DNA of 64,000 bases from Camelus dromedarius (GCF_036321535.1 NC_087436.1:77130001-77194000), one strand, 5' to 3'. Positions 1 to 12,671 are shown, numbered from the stretch's first letter. Notes: generated by a model not told the origin, from the letters alone. Translations and numbers: made by a program.

Positions 1-1195
1 TTTTTTTTCCTTGATGAGTCTGGCTAAAGTTTTATCAAATTCGTTTATGTTTTCAAAGAACCAACTTGTAGTTTCATTGATTTCTCTCTCTCTCTCTTTT
101 TTTTTGTTCTCTATTTCATTTATTTCTGCTCTAAGCTTTATGATATCTTTCCTTTGACTAACTTTGGGTTTTGATTGGTCTTCGTTCTCTAGTTGCTTTA
201 GGTATAAGGTTAGGTTGTTCATTTGAGATTGTTCTTGTTTCCTGAGTTAAGCTTGTATGGCTATAAACTTCCCTCTTAGAACTGCTTTTGCTGTGTCCCA
301 GAGGTTTTGGATCATCGTGTTTTCATTTTCATTTGTCTTTAAGTATTGTTTGATTTCCTCTTTGATTTCTTCAGTAATCTATTGGTTGTTTAGTAGTATA
401 TTGTTTAGACTCTACATGTTTGTGTTTTTTTTTAATTTTTTTTTTTTGTAGTTGATTTTTAATCTCATAGTGTTGTGGTTGGAAAAGCTGTTCTATATGA
501 TTTCAGTTTTCTTAAATTTACTGAGACTGGATTTCTGACCAAGCATGTGATCTATTCTGGAGAATGTTCCATGTGCACTTGAGAAGAATGTGTATTCTGC
601 TGCTTCCACATTGAGTGCTCTATAAGTATCAGTTAAGTCCATTTGATCTACTCTGTCATTTAAGGCCTGTGTTTCCTTATTGATTTTCTGTCTAGATAAT
701 CTGTCCATTGATGTAACTGGGGTGTTAAATTCCCCCACTCTTGTTGTGTTACTGTTGATTTCTCCTTTCATGTCTATTAACATTTGCCTTCTATATTGAG
801 GTGCTCCTATGTTGAATGCATGTATATTAACAATTTTTATATCTTCTTCTTGGATTGATCCTTTGATCATTATGTAGTGTCTTTCTTTGTGACAGTCTTT
901 TTTTTAAAGTCTATTTTGTCTAATATAAATAATGCTACTCTGGCTCTCTTTTGATTTCCATTTGCATGGAATACCTTTTTCCATCCCCTCACTTTCAGGC
1001 TGTATGTGCCTCTAGATCTGAAGTGAATCTCTTTTAGGCAGAAAATATATGAGTCTTGTTCTTTATCCATTTAGTCAGAGTGTGTCTTTTGATTGGAGCA
1101 TTTAGTTCATTTAAATTTAAGATAATTATTGATATGTATGTTCTTATTGCCATTTTGTTAATTGCTTTGAATTTGTTTCTGTAGGTCTTTTTTTC
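1..1195 (-). mobile_element. L1 fragment: ORF2 start and APE-like endonuclease region, frameshifted, runs off the window edge
   Basis: Minus ORFs 870-1070 and 493-870 give L1 EN motifs (LKVRGWKKVFHANGNQKRA, MIKGSIQEEDI, GEFNTP, YTFFSSAHGTFSRIDHMLG). ORF2 ATG is at 1153 (minus), followed by the A-rich inter-ORF spacer. Confidence 0.95.
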
Positions 1196-1267
1196 CCCTT
1201 TTCTTCTTTTCCTTTTTTTTTTTTTTTTTTTTTTTTCTTTTTCAGCTTTTCTCCTTTCCTTCTCTCA

Positions 1268-1445
1268 GGAACAGCCAGATGGACAAGATGTATAGGGCAA
1301 GGTATATGGGAAGGGGCTCAGAGCTTCCATGCCTCTCTAAGTGCAGCACTCTCCTCAATCTACATGTGTTCACCAGCTTGGAAACCCCAATTCCTGTCCT
1401 TTTGAGTTTTTAATGGAGGCTTCATTACATTGGCCATTGGTTATT
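1268..1445. mobile_element. MER21-like LTR fragment
   Basis: ggaacagccagatgg...tagggcaaggtat...agagcttccatgcc...tttaatggaggcttcattac matches the recalled MER21 consensus. Confidence 0.7.
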
Positions 1446-1889
1446 GTACTAAATCTCCCTATTTTATATTTTTATTGTATGTGTATAGTGCTTCATGTTG
1501 CCAGTATCAGAAGTAAAATGCTGCCAATTTCTTCCATATGTTATACGTTTTTTAATATATCTTTGTTGTCTAACACAGTTGTGGTCTCATAGGAAGGACT
1601 CAATAAATGCTTACTTTGGTCAGTTCATTCATTCTTCCATTCAACAATTATTTACCAAATGCCTAGTATGTATCAGATATTTAATGCAAAAGATAAACTG
1701 TATATTTACATCTATTGATAAGAAAATTTATGTTTTGAGTGTTATGCCTTGTAAAATATTCTATAAATATTATTAAGTGAGCAGTTTTTCTTAAAATAGT
1801 GTGCTAGTCAACTTAGTTCTTATTGTTGTAAATATTGGTTCATGATATACAAACATGCTAGACCCCAATAATGTCATTTGTTTTAAGGT

Positions 1890-4680
1890 TGTAGCAAGGA
1901 CTATTTTTTTGCTCCCTGCTATCCATGATCCTTTTCTCCTATAATGGAAGGAGTCTTGTTTTGTAGCTAGACATGTGGCTACAGAGTAAGGACTACATTT
2001 CCCAGGCTCCATTGGAGGTGATATGTGCTGCTTCCAGACTTTCCTTAAATGGAGGAAGAGTTGACCCTTTGCCACCTTTTCCCCATCCTACTGCTTTGAA
2101 AAGTGTTTGTGGTGGTAGATTATCTTGCACCATGTAGATAAAAGCAATGTCTTAGAGATGACAGAACTACGTGATAGAAAGAGCCTGTATTCCTCCATAG
2201 CATCCCTAGAGGACTATTTCTGGACTATAATGTGAAAGGAGTAAACATCTATTTTTTTTATGGACTGTATTTGAACTTTTGTTACACATTTTAAACCTGC
2301 ATCCCAACTAAGACAGAAGTTGGTACCAGAAATGGCATGCATGAAGTGGCGTAACCTAGGTCTCTGACGTAATTATGTTTAGCACTGGGGAGGCAGGAAG
2401 AGAGACACAGCTATTGGAGATAAAAAGCTGGTTCTTTCTGATATGCTGAGGCAAAGCATTGATATAATTGTTGTTTATAATATTTTAGAAGACAGATTAA
2501 ATGGTAATGGAGTCCATACATCACATTAAGGGAAATTATAGGAAAGCTGCAGGATCTTCATCTGTGTTGGCAGCTTCTTGCTCTTCCAGCAAAATCCTAT
2601 AACAGAGATGAACTCAAACTAGAGTTAACCAGTCTGCAAGCAGAGGTGGAAAGGAATACAGTTCTGTTAAGAAAAGCTCTTTGTGCCAGGTTAGCAAAAT
2701 AATTTCACTGAGAGTCCTATAATTTGAGGCCTTTGAGGGCTGAAAAAGTCAACTCCCTCTGTATTCCAAACCAAAGCAATTATAACTGGTAGCTTCAAAG
2801 CCACTGCCTTAGTAGAGGATAAGCTCAGTGCCCTGTCAGATTTGGGAGCCAGACCAGAGGCAAAATCAAATTAAGAGTATTGCTTTTCCACCCAAACAAA
2901 ATGGTTTAGATAGCTTGGATGTAGCTTCCATCCAGAGAGAGGGTAAGCAAAGCACACAAGGTAATAAGGAAAAGACAAGCATCTTTGGGCTTAAAGACTA
3001 CATCGAGATTAGATCTTTGACTATAGTTACTTACATATGGAACTAATCCAAAACAAATTGCCTAGAAGCTTGCTAAGGTTTTGAGGTAATTGTATGGCTA
3101 CAGAACAACAACATAGCCTGCAAAAGCCTATAATTGTTCAACCCTTTAGGAAATTCCTGGGCTGCCAAATCTGGACCAACAAAGGACAGGCTACAAAAAC
3201 GTTGCAGTTTCCAAGCAGAGCAGTCTCTGTAGTGCCTACCTGATTCATGGCAAAGGAAGACAAAAGATAAGAAAGAACTAAGGGCTTTGGAAGAAATGGG
3301 CATTTCCTCAAGGAAAGCAGAAACAGGGGCTTCCAGATGAGACTAATCCATTGTTGGCTCGTGGAATATCTGTAACTCCAGTCTAGTAGGATTTGATTAC
3401 TGCCATAGCCCAGTGACTGCTATAAGTTTCCCAATCCTTCTTTGCTCCGTAGGGGGAGTTTAGTTTGCAATATTCACTTTCTTTACAATTCTTGAATATT
3501 GAGTGTATAGGGACAAATTAACTTGTTTTAATTTGTAGGTTGCCAAACTATGAGACTCTGTATCCATAATTAATAAATGGAAAGGGCTATATGACATCCA
3601 GAAGGAGAGGTTTTCACCTGAGTACAGCAACATGGCAATGGGACTTTGGAATTTTCTCTCCCTTGTGGAGGTAATCAATGTATTGTATGTGAAGGAGAGA
3701 GGTTGTGATGGATATTTGGGTTGCCACGTGAATAGACTGTGGCAAATAATGCTAGTTATATTCAAATTTCCATTCTCTCCTTTGACAGAGATACAGTCAT
3801 AAGATGCAGGTCTGGTTTCAGACCACCACAGTAAAGCGAGTATCACAATTAAGTGAGATACACAATTTTTTTTTGTTGTTTCCCCACACATAGAAAAGTT
3901 ATGTTTACACTATACTGTAGAGTATTAAATATGCAATAATAGCATTATGTCTTAAAAAACCCAATGCAATTAATTAAAATACCTTAATTAAAAAATACTT
4001 TATTACTAAAAAATGCTAACTATCATCTGAGCCTTCAGAGTCATAGTAGTACCATCAAAGGCCACAATCACAGATCACCAGAACAAATATAATAATGAAA
4101 AAAACTGAAATATTTTGTGAATTACCAGAATGTGACACAGAGAAATGAAGTGAGCAAATGTTGGAAAAATGATGCCAATAGACTTGCTCCATGAAGGGTT
4201 GCCACTTACCTTCAATTTGTAAAAAACACAGTATCTGTGAAGTGCAATAAAGAGAAGCACAACAAAACAAGGTGTCTGTATAGCCCCTGATTTTTGGATA
4301 TGTGCAGGATTGCCAAAAATAAAGTAAGTTTTTTTTAACCTTCCTTGCAGTTAGGTGTGTCCACATGACTAATATCTTGCTAGAGGATGTAAAGAGACTT
4401 GGTGGGTACAGAATCTGGGATGTTGTTAAAAGGCAAGTATGATGCATTTCTGTCACCCTTCCTCTATCTCATTTTCTGGAATATGAGTAAGGTAGTGAGT
4501 TATCTTGGAATAAAATAAGGAAAATTTTGAGGGAAAGGTGGATCAATAAAATAGAAGGAGCTTTTGTCCCTGTATAACTTCATGTGGCAGAGCTATCATA
4601 CTGTCTCTGTATTGCCTCCACTGAGAATATTGCATAGGGAGAAATAAGCTTTTATCACATTGAGAGGATATTTTGTGGGT
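1890..4680 (+). mobile_element. Old ERVL-MaLR (MLT1-type) provirus: 5' LTR 1890-2315, internal 2316-3737, 3' LTR 3738-~4680
   Basis: 5' LTR runs TG...tttgttac...ctaagaCA and is followed by the MaLR-internal start ttggtaccag. A purine-rich end and gacTGT precede the second LTR. Both LTRs share related motifs (tatcttg, atagaaxgagc, ttgcagttaggtgtg-type). Confidence 0.7.
3794..4278. mobile_element. Internally deleted Tigger1 derivative (TcMar-Tigger, Tigger1a-like) inserted in the 3' LTR
   Basis: Both Tigger1 ends are present (cagaccaccacagtaaagcgag...; ...gccacttaccttcaatttgtaaaaaacac...gtctg). CAG...CTG termini with TA duplication at 3792-3793 and 4279-4280. Confidence 0.9.
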
Positions 4681-4681
4681 C

Positions 4682-4855
4682 TGGTATCAGTCAGCTGTTG
4701 CTGTGTAACAAACAATCTAAAAATTTCAGTGGCATATGAAAATAAGCATTTATTTCTTGCTCATGATTTTATGGGTAGGTTGGAACAGTTCTGTTTTATA
4801 CTTCAGTTAGTCTGGTAAATTCTGCTTCATATTCTCATTCTTCTCCTGAGATCAT
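4682..4855 (-). mobile_element. MLT1-family LTR fragment
   Basis: tatcagtcagctgttgctgtgtaacaaac...cagtggc...aagcatttatttcttgctcatg is the reverse complement of an MLT1 3' end. Confidence 0.7.
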
Positions 4856-5094
4856 GTAAGTGTATATATTGCTTGTAGCCAAGAGTTATGATAACCAGTT
4901 AAATGACTATAGTGAACTGTCCTACATGGTAGTGAACTGTTATCCATTTATGAATATCATGTGGGTGAAAGTGAAGTTGAATGATGTTTTGAAGGTATAA
5001 TTTAATATCATACTGAGAAGAAGTAAATGATTATATCATTGCTAATGCTGGTGTATCTATACAAAATCTGGTTATTTTGCCATTCCTCTAGAGC

Positions 5095-5285
5095 TGTATA
5101 TTTTAGGATTTTACCCAATTGGCACACTAATAAATTAGCCTGCAATAGTTTTATGGATGCTGATAGGAGACACGACTCCTAGGTCAGAGATGAAGGACAA
5201 TTTATTATTTACAGTATTAGCAGCAACCAGAAAATCAGCACATTTTGCACCTGTTTTCTGGGCTCCAGTTCCCATAAAAAATGGG
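5095..5285 (-). mobile_element. ERVL LTR fragment (MER54/MER74-like)
   Basis: gacacgactcctaggtcagagatgaaggacaatttatt resembles the MER54/74 polyA-signal end. Confidence 0.55.
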
Positions 5286-6844
5286 TCACATTACTATATT
5301 ATGTTGACTCATCCTATACAAGAATGCAATTTGGTTATTAATTTATTTAAATATTCTTTTATATTCCTTAATAGATATTTAAAGTACAATAATATGTCTT
5401 TTTGGTTATTGGATTTATGCTTTAGGCTATTTTTTTTTTTCAATTGTGTTTAGGTGTTAGTAACGTTGAACGTAATGGAGAAATACATATCTCTGGACTC
5501 AATTTCAAAAGTTAACATGCTTTAGTGTCAACCTCAAGTAATTCATAGAATTCAAGGTGCACTTATTTTATTATTCTAATGAAGTTATGACATATCCATT
5601 ATAGAAAGTTATCAAACATACTTCTAGATGAGAGTTCTTTGTGCTCTGGGCTTTGCATATGTAACAATGATCAGGCAGTTATAGATCCCGGGACAGAAAC
5701 ATGCCCCAAGTGATTATCCAATCATCTGTCTTCCCAGAGGTAGAACTAAATTAAAAACATCAGGCAAAATAGCTTAATATACTTTTTGGAGATTTAGGGT
5801 CAAGACAAGAAAATCCATCTGTTTCTCTGTTATACTCCACAAATTATAAAGTCCTTTTGCAGATGGTCTTATATCCCAATTGGGCCAAGATATACCACCT
5901 ACATTTCTCTACTTTGCTTTGATTTTTAGTCAAAGTTTGCATGATGACATGGAGACTCTCCCACTTACTTTCCTACTTCAGTTTGATAATTATTTAAGTC
6001 ATGATGTTTATCAGTAAAGTTCCTTGTTTTGTGAATACAAGTAAAATATACAGTTCTTTAAAGATTTATATTGTGCTGAATTTTCACATTGAAACTGTTT
6101 CGTGCTTAATTTTATTATTATTTTTATTACTAATTTATTATTAGTATTAATAAATTAAACAGAATTCCTTTGTTAATTGTCTCTACCTTCATTCTTGTTT
6201 TCCTTATTTCTTTATTGGCTATTGATGTTAACAGTTAGCCAAGTCTGATTTTTGATGAGATTTTATAATTTTTTTCATGTAGAGGTAGAAAAGGTTTATT
6301 TCTAAAAACAAATAATTAACAGTAATTTAATAATTTTATTAAAGATGATTATGTGTCTTACTGGATTTAGAAACTGATCTTTTAAAAACATTTAAAATTA
6401 TGATTATAATTGATAATTATATTTTTCAAATTTTCCAGGATTACAATGAAATTGAATAATTTAGCAATGTTTTCAGCTTTGCTAACCATATGCTTAATTT
6501 TCAGATTTTCAATGCATTTTTGTTTTATGTAATTTCTAAGAATGCCAACATCTAGAAAACACAAACTAATTTTCTGAGGCTAGAAAGTCCCACAGTCTCC
6601 CTAACTTCTTTATTTTTAATTCAATTCAATACTTATAAATACTAATTTTTCACCAAAATGTACAACTTCTTTCTCAAAGCTAGAATGTTCCTGATTCACA
6701 AGGTAGAATACCTTGTCACTGACGGAGGGATATAATGGGAAACAGCTTTTTTTCTGCCCTAGTAATTTCTGTTTCTCTGCCTAAATGCCTTATTTGCTGG
6801 GAAGAAATATGCAGCAAAACAGTGGGGCAAAGTAAACTATGTTG

Positions 6845-6845
<1 letters not shown>

Positions 6846-6875
<30 letters not shown>
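6846..6875. repeat. (CA)15 microsatellite
   Basis: Read directly. Confidence 0.98.
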
Positions 6876-6876
<1 letters not shown>

Positions 6877-7807
6877 GTTATTTTGAAATCTCTTAAAACA
6901 GTGTCAAATCAAGCTCAAGAAACTAGATTTAGAATTAATTAATCCATAAAGTCAGAAAAAAAGACACTAAACGTAACTGCAAACCTCTAATTTTACCAGC
7001 CTGCAAAATATCTTAATACTGTGTTTGATACTACAAAGGGGAAGTTGCCTTTTCAAATAATACTATTAGTAAATAGTATGACATTCGTATCAAGTATGAG
7101 AGGGACAATATGAATTCAGAAGATTGGTACATCAAACAGAAGATTGGTACATCAAAAGTTTTCATTACACACAGTGACTTCACAGAAGTAGTAACTATTC
7201 TTGCTGATACCACATCATTTGGAATACCTGAAGACAAATGCTTGAAAGAATATTATTTGTTCCAAAGAAACTCTATATCACACTACTGAGAATAAATTGT
7301 TCAAAGTGGTAAAAAGTACCTGAAACCAATAACATACCAGGGAAGCACTCCCCCAAAATATCTGTGGGTACTGAAGTTTATGTTAAGTTGCAGGAAAGTA
7401 TATGAGATTTACATCAAAAGTTCTTTTTAAATGCTGGAATTCAGAAATACATTAATTAATATTAGAGATGTTCACATATGTCAATGTTTGTCCATAGATC
7501 TAGTTTATATTAAAATATGTTACAAAAATGGTGATTGGTAATAAAAAATGAATATACATAATGATAATTAAATCCAAGCTGTTAAAGTATCATTTTTCAT
7601 CTTTATTCAAAGAAATATGATCAGAACATTACATCATACTGAAGTACATTGGTTCCCCAAGGAAAGTTAGGCAAGAATTTATAAAATTACTTTTTTAGCC
7701 TAATTTAAAAGAAAAATTACTTTTTTAGCCTAATTTAAAAGAAATTATTTTTATTTTTTAATTTGAAATATAGTCAGTTTACAAGAGTTTATAAAATTAC
7801 TCATAAA

Positions 7808-7865
7808 TGTGTGTGTGTGTGTGTGTGTCTGATAGAGAGGAGGGCGGCGGGGAGAGAGAGAGAGA
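7808..7865. repeat. (TG)n followed by (GA)n microsatellites
   Basis: TG run 7808-7828 and GA run ~7852-7865. Confidence 0.9.
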
Positions 7866-9031
7866 AAGGAGTATAAGAAAGAGGAGGGGCTGATCTCTTA
7901 CTTTGCATATTTTTAAAGACATTGTTATTGGCTTTCAAAATAGTGCACTTGGCTGATGTTTCTTCAGCTTCCAAGGAGTTTAAATTATTTTAACAGGTAT
8001 TGATAGAGTCAGCGGAGAAGTTTGAATCCTAAAACATTAACGTGAGCAAAGCAACATCCATGTAGGCTTGAGGAAAATACTGTTTTTAAATACTTGAAGG
8101 TTAAAAATCAGCATCACCACAAGACTATTCACAGTTATATTTGTCACAAAAAAGAAGGAAGACATTTTTAAAGGCTGAAATATTAAGTTCAACAGAAGAA
8201 TTAACTGAAGTCTGGTAATTCTGGTAGAAAGTCATTTCCAATAATTGAAATACAATCAATGTATATTCATTTGCTGCCACCTACTTGTGTGAACAAAATT
8301 TATCATTGATATCATAATGAAAAATTTAAAGAGATCATCATTAAAAAATCTTGATTTGTGTATAATCATTTCAAACATAAAACCATATACTAAAGCATTA
8401 TGTCCACAGAAAAAATTCATGTTTTTTATTAAAAGTTAAAAAACTTTATTTTGGAAAGTTCATTTATATCAGTATTTAAAATTATCCTTAATACTTTGTA
8501 TTTTATTGATATTATAATCATAAAATACAAAGAAAATGTAATATTTTTTCTTCTAAGCCCCATATAGATGCTCCCATAGTCAATTTTGTGAAAATTTTAT
8601 TTTTATATGTGTCATTAAAAAAAGAGGTTGTGAGTCACATCTGTAGAATTCAGCGGGGGAGAATAATGAGTCAATAACTTAGTGGAATTATAAAGAGTGA
8701 AAAAAGGAGCGTCTTTGAAAACAGGCAGTGAAGAAGGTAATGGTTAAAAAGATTGGACCAAATGAGTTGGCTAATTTTTATCAGAATGAAAAACAAATGA
8801 GGTAAATCTAAAATAGATTAGGGACGATAACTGTTCTTGGGACGTTGTAAACGCTTTGTCAGTTTTTATGTCGTTTTTTAGTAATTGTGCTTCTCCACTG
8901 TCCAAAGTGTTTGTATAATACACTGAGCGGCGAGAATGGGAGCAGTGTCCTGGTGCTGTGCCCAGCCCGGCAGCTGGCACCCTCTCGGCCCATGATTGTG
9001 CCCAGGGAGTATCTGTTGAGTCAATGGGGGT

Positions 9032-9414
9032 TGTATTAGTTTGCACGGGCTCCCATGACAAATTACCAGACTGGTGGCTTAAACAACAGAGATTTACTTT
9101 CCTACAGTTCTAAGGGATGGAAGTCCAAGATCAAAATGTTGGCAGAATTGGTTTCTTCTGAAACTTCTCTTCTTGGCTTACAGGTGGCTGCTTTCTTGCA
9201 TTGCACTAGCATCCTTGGTGTCTCTTTGTGTGTCTAAAATTCCTTTTGTTATAGGGACATCTGTCCGATTAGAATAGGGTCTACCCATATAACATATTTG
9301 ACTTTAATTACTTCTTTAAAGGCCCCATCTCCAAGTATAGTCACATTCTGGGGTACTGGGGCTTGGGACTTTAGCATATGAATTTTAGGAGGATACAGTT
9401 CAGCCCATAATACA
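9032..9414 (-). mobile_element. MLT1A/B solo LTR (ERVL-MaLR)
   Basis: tgtattagttt...ggcttaaacaacagagattta...ggaagtccaagatcaa...atctccaagtatagtcacattctg...cagttcagcccataa. Confidence 0.9.
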
Positions 9415-11579
9415 GGTCCAGCAATGCAACTAAGACATTGTAAGAACTCATTTAAAAATATCTGAGTTAATATTTTTCCGTGTAGGAATGATTTTCATGT
9501 TATTTGGTAATGATAAAGGAAACATATAGTTCTGTCTGGTACACAATTAACATAGTTAATGATCTACAGAAATGTAAACTAACTCTTTTCTAAATGCTTG
9601 ATTTAGTGTTTTCAATCTTTTGACAACATAATCCATTCATTTCCTTTCCTCTTTGACTGTTTTATGAAGGATAGAAAGTTCTAGTGATAGATGGCTTAGA
9701 TTAATTTAGCCTCTTCCTCATTTTTAACCCATTACTCTAACAAACTATGCTACTGAGATGAACCTCGTTTAAGACTATGTTAATCTGATAATTACTCTGC
9801 GAACTAAGACTAGATCCCATCAGATCTAAAGCCTGAGCCGTACCTGGAAAACTGTTCCTAGGAAACTGACTTGGCACCAGGTCCCGCAGTAAACACTCAG
9901 AAAAATGCTAAGGATGTTACCTGTTAACTTGTGGGCACAAGAACAGTTGTGGCGGGTAGAAACATAAACCCACCAGAAAAAAATGCAAAGGTGCCTTCTA
10001 GAAGGCCTTCGTAGATCTTCACCTTAAAGGGACATGATCCTGGTGATTGATGTTTAGTGCGAGCTTGGGGCAGGGAAGCCTGCCCTTTGCCTGGGGATGC
10101 CACCCCGTCATGATAGTAAGCTGTATGTTGTCACCTGAATCCTGACATTAAAGGAACAATGTAGTCTTTGCATGACTCTGTAGTTATCTTTTAGTCAATT
10201 CATCCTCCTGTTGGGGCAAACAATTCCTCAGCTATTCATTTCATTCCCCACTTGTTCCTCTTGATACAGAAGAATACCCAATAGAATAAATTACAGGACA
10301 TGTGACTCCAAATTAGTTTTTCTGGCTACTGTCATTTCTGGGAAAGATAAGTAGATAAAATTACTTTTAGAATTTATTCTGAGAACTGTTGGTCTCTCAG
10401 GTTTGTAAAAGCCTTGGGTATCCTTAATGGAACTAGCTGAGTTATGTTAACATGCTTCTGTTTGGGTAAAGGCTATTGTAAAATACATCTAATGGTTTAT
10501 TTTAGATGACAGAAATTTAATGCCTTTTAGAGGTAAAGCTATTATTGTTAATATTGTTAACATTAAAAGAGCCATCAAACCAAGCTGAATGAGAACAGTG
10601 TGGTATAACAATAAGTTTGAAAAATAATGTAATTAAGTTATTGTATTTTACTTGATTACTTGTGAAGTAGTAGAAGTTGTGGGGGTAGATTATGGGATTT
10701 GTTTGAAGGGATATAACACATTTCCCCAAATGAAAACATCTGTCCACACTGGTGTTTTCCATTAGTCATCTTCAGAGATGTTAATTTAACTTAAAACAAT
10801 TCACACTACTCTGTTGATGATTAATTTGAAAATGATGTTTGCGTTACCAGTTGAAGTCAGAGACATCATGAGAAATGGTAGTAAAAACAGATGGCCATAA
10901 TGATGCATTTGGTACTTCGAATATTTATATTAAAGCAGCCCCTGCTGTTTGTGCAGGGATTTGGAACAGAGGAGAAACTAAAATAGGCACAGGTTATTAA
11001 AACGCCTGCTTTAGAGAGTCACCAGAAGCCCTGAGTAGGGTCTCATAGAAACTGCAGTCTTAGCAAGTTTCATGTGATTGACATGCACTCACCTGTTATT
11101 GCAGAGGGCTGTAGAGTAAGCAGTGAGAACTCAATCCCTTTTGTTTACTTATATTTAAGGAAAAGTTTTAAAATCATAAAAACTATTAGAAGAGATCATG
11201 CTTTTGTCTGCTGAACCTTGCATATCACGAACACTCCAGCTTTTAGTAGACAACGGCATCCAGGCAGAGGCCTTTAAACCCCTTATAAGAGTTCTCATAC
11301 AAAGAAGTGAGTTCTCGTATATCAACCCTTTCATTCATTTGTCCCCAAATTTTAGTGTGCATATATCCTGTCCTATAAATCTTAATTTAATTAGTCAGTG
11401 TTTTGGTCCAGTAATCTAAATTTTAGAAATACTCTACAGAATGTTTTTTTCAAAAATTCACATATACCCTTTCCTCAAATTATTCCTTAAAAATAACCCT
11501 GCAAGCCTGATATTCATTTTTACCTATCTAGTTATTTTCCTAGCATTTTAGCTTTACAGTAGCTTTAAAAGTCAGAGAA

Positions 11580-12520
11580 GATTTTTGGTTCATGATGGCA
11601 CACAAATTACATGATCTTGTGTTCTTTACCATCTCAGACACCTCAAAGGGATTAAAACACATAAACACATCATAATGAAGATAGCAGGGTGACCATTCGT
11701 GGCTGACAATTTTCAACAATTTTCTGGCAGACAGAAAGCAGTTTGGGGAGAGGTCCTGGAAGAAGCAGAATGGATGGGGCTAGGACCTGGGAGGGAGTTG
11801 ATCTACCCGGGTGAATCCTGGAGAGCAACAAGATTCTGGATACCAGGTCTGATGAAAAACAGGAGTGAAGAGTGAGTTGAACCATTAAGATCTGTATATG
11901 GAAGGTCACAATAATCTTATACTTCACATGGTGGGCAGAATACCCAACAATGAGCATCAACCCACTTAAGGAAAATATTAGAGGGTTCCTCCTTTTAGAG
12001 GTAAGTGACTGTCTGAATCTCCTGTGGACAGCTGGTGTGGGAGCTGATGCCCAGATCAAAGCATTCTCAGCCTGTAGGAGTTCTCAAGAAAAGGACCAGC
12101 TCATCACCACAAAATTCCACCTGCACCCATGCACGCATTCCCACATATTTAGGTTTTTATTGCTTCATTCCTAAATGTGAAAAGATGACAGAGGCCCAAC
12201 AGATATTTGAGGAAAACTTAAAACATAAGGAAGAAAAACAAAGGTAAACATTTAAAAATGCCTGTAAATGCACACACAGTCACAAATGAAACAGATACTT
12301 GTTTAAATTAAATGGGAATTTAGTAAATGCTGTCACCACACACTCATACACACTTTCATACTCTATTCAGTATCCTTAAAAACAAGGATACAATGCTATG
12401 TAAAAGCAACACTTAGAGAACAAGAAAGATTCTTTTGAAGAGATAGGTGTAAAAAACATTTAAAATGTAGGACCAGTAAATTTGAGGAAAATCCTGGAGA
12501 ATAGGAAGAAATATACACTG
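11580..12520 (+). mobile_element. HAL1 or old L1 5' UTR and ORF1 fragment
   Basis: Starts ttttggttcatgatggc (L1-type 5' end). aaaacaaggatacaatgctatg...agagaacaagaaagattctttt resembles HAL1 ORF1. Confidence 0.6.
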
Positions 12521-12671
12521 AGTGACCTATTTCATTTTATAACATATAGCCCAAGGGAATAATCGTCTCCTGGAAATGCCTTTAAACTTTTTAAGTTAAT
12601 CTTTTCAGATATAAATTTTGGCAGTCACCAGTATATAATACTCAGTGAGTCACACATCAATGAATTATCTT

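Larger units (their letters stand above)
6720..8640 (+). mobile_element. hAT-Charlie DNA transposon fossil with near full-length decayed transposase (about 6780-8432)
   Basis: Manual translation gives ordered motifs: PKCLICWEEICSKTVGQSKLCWH (6780-6848, BED finger), LILPACK (6987), EVAFSNNTISK (7041), HTEVHW (7635), VHLADV (~7945), SFAATYLCE (8267-8293), IHVFY* (stop 8430-8432). Possible degraded TIR aggttgtgagtcac at ~8625-8638. Confidence 0.85.

Noticed and set aside
493..1070. Endonuclease-like ORFs as a functional gene
   Set aside because: These are frameshifted L1 ORF2 fragments, and the catalytic GDFN motif reads GEFN.
1196..1245. Long poly(T) ending in CAG as a splice acceptor
   Set aside because: It is explained by the A-rich L1 inter-ORF region on the minus strand; the downstream sequence is an LTR fragment.
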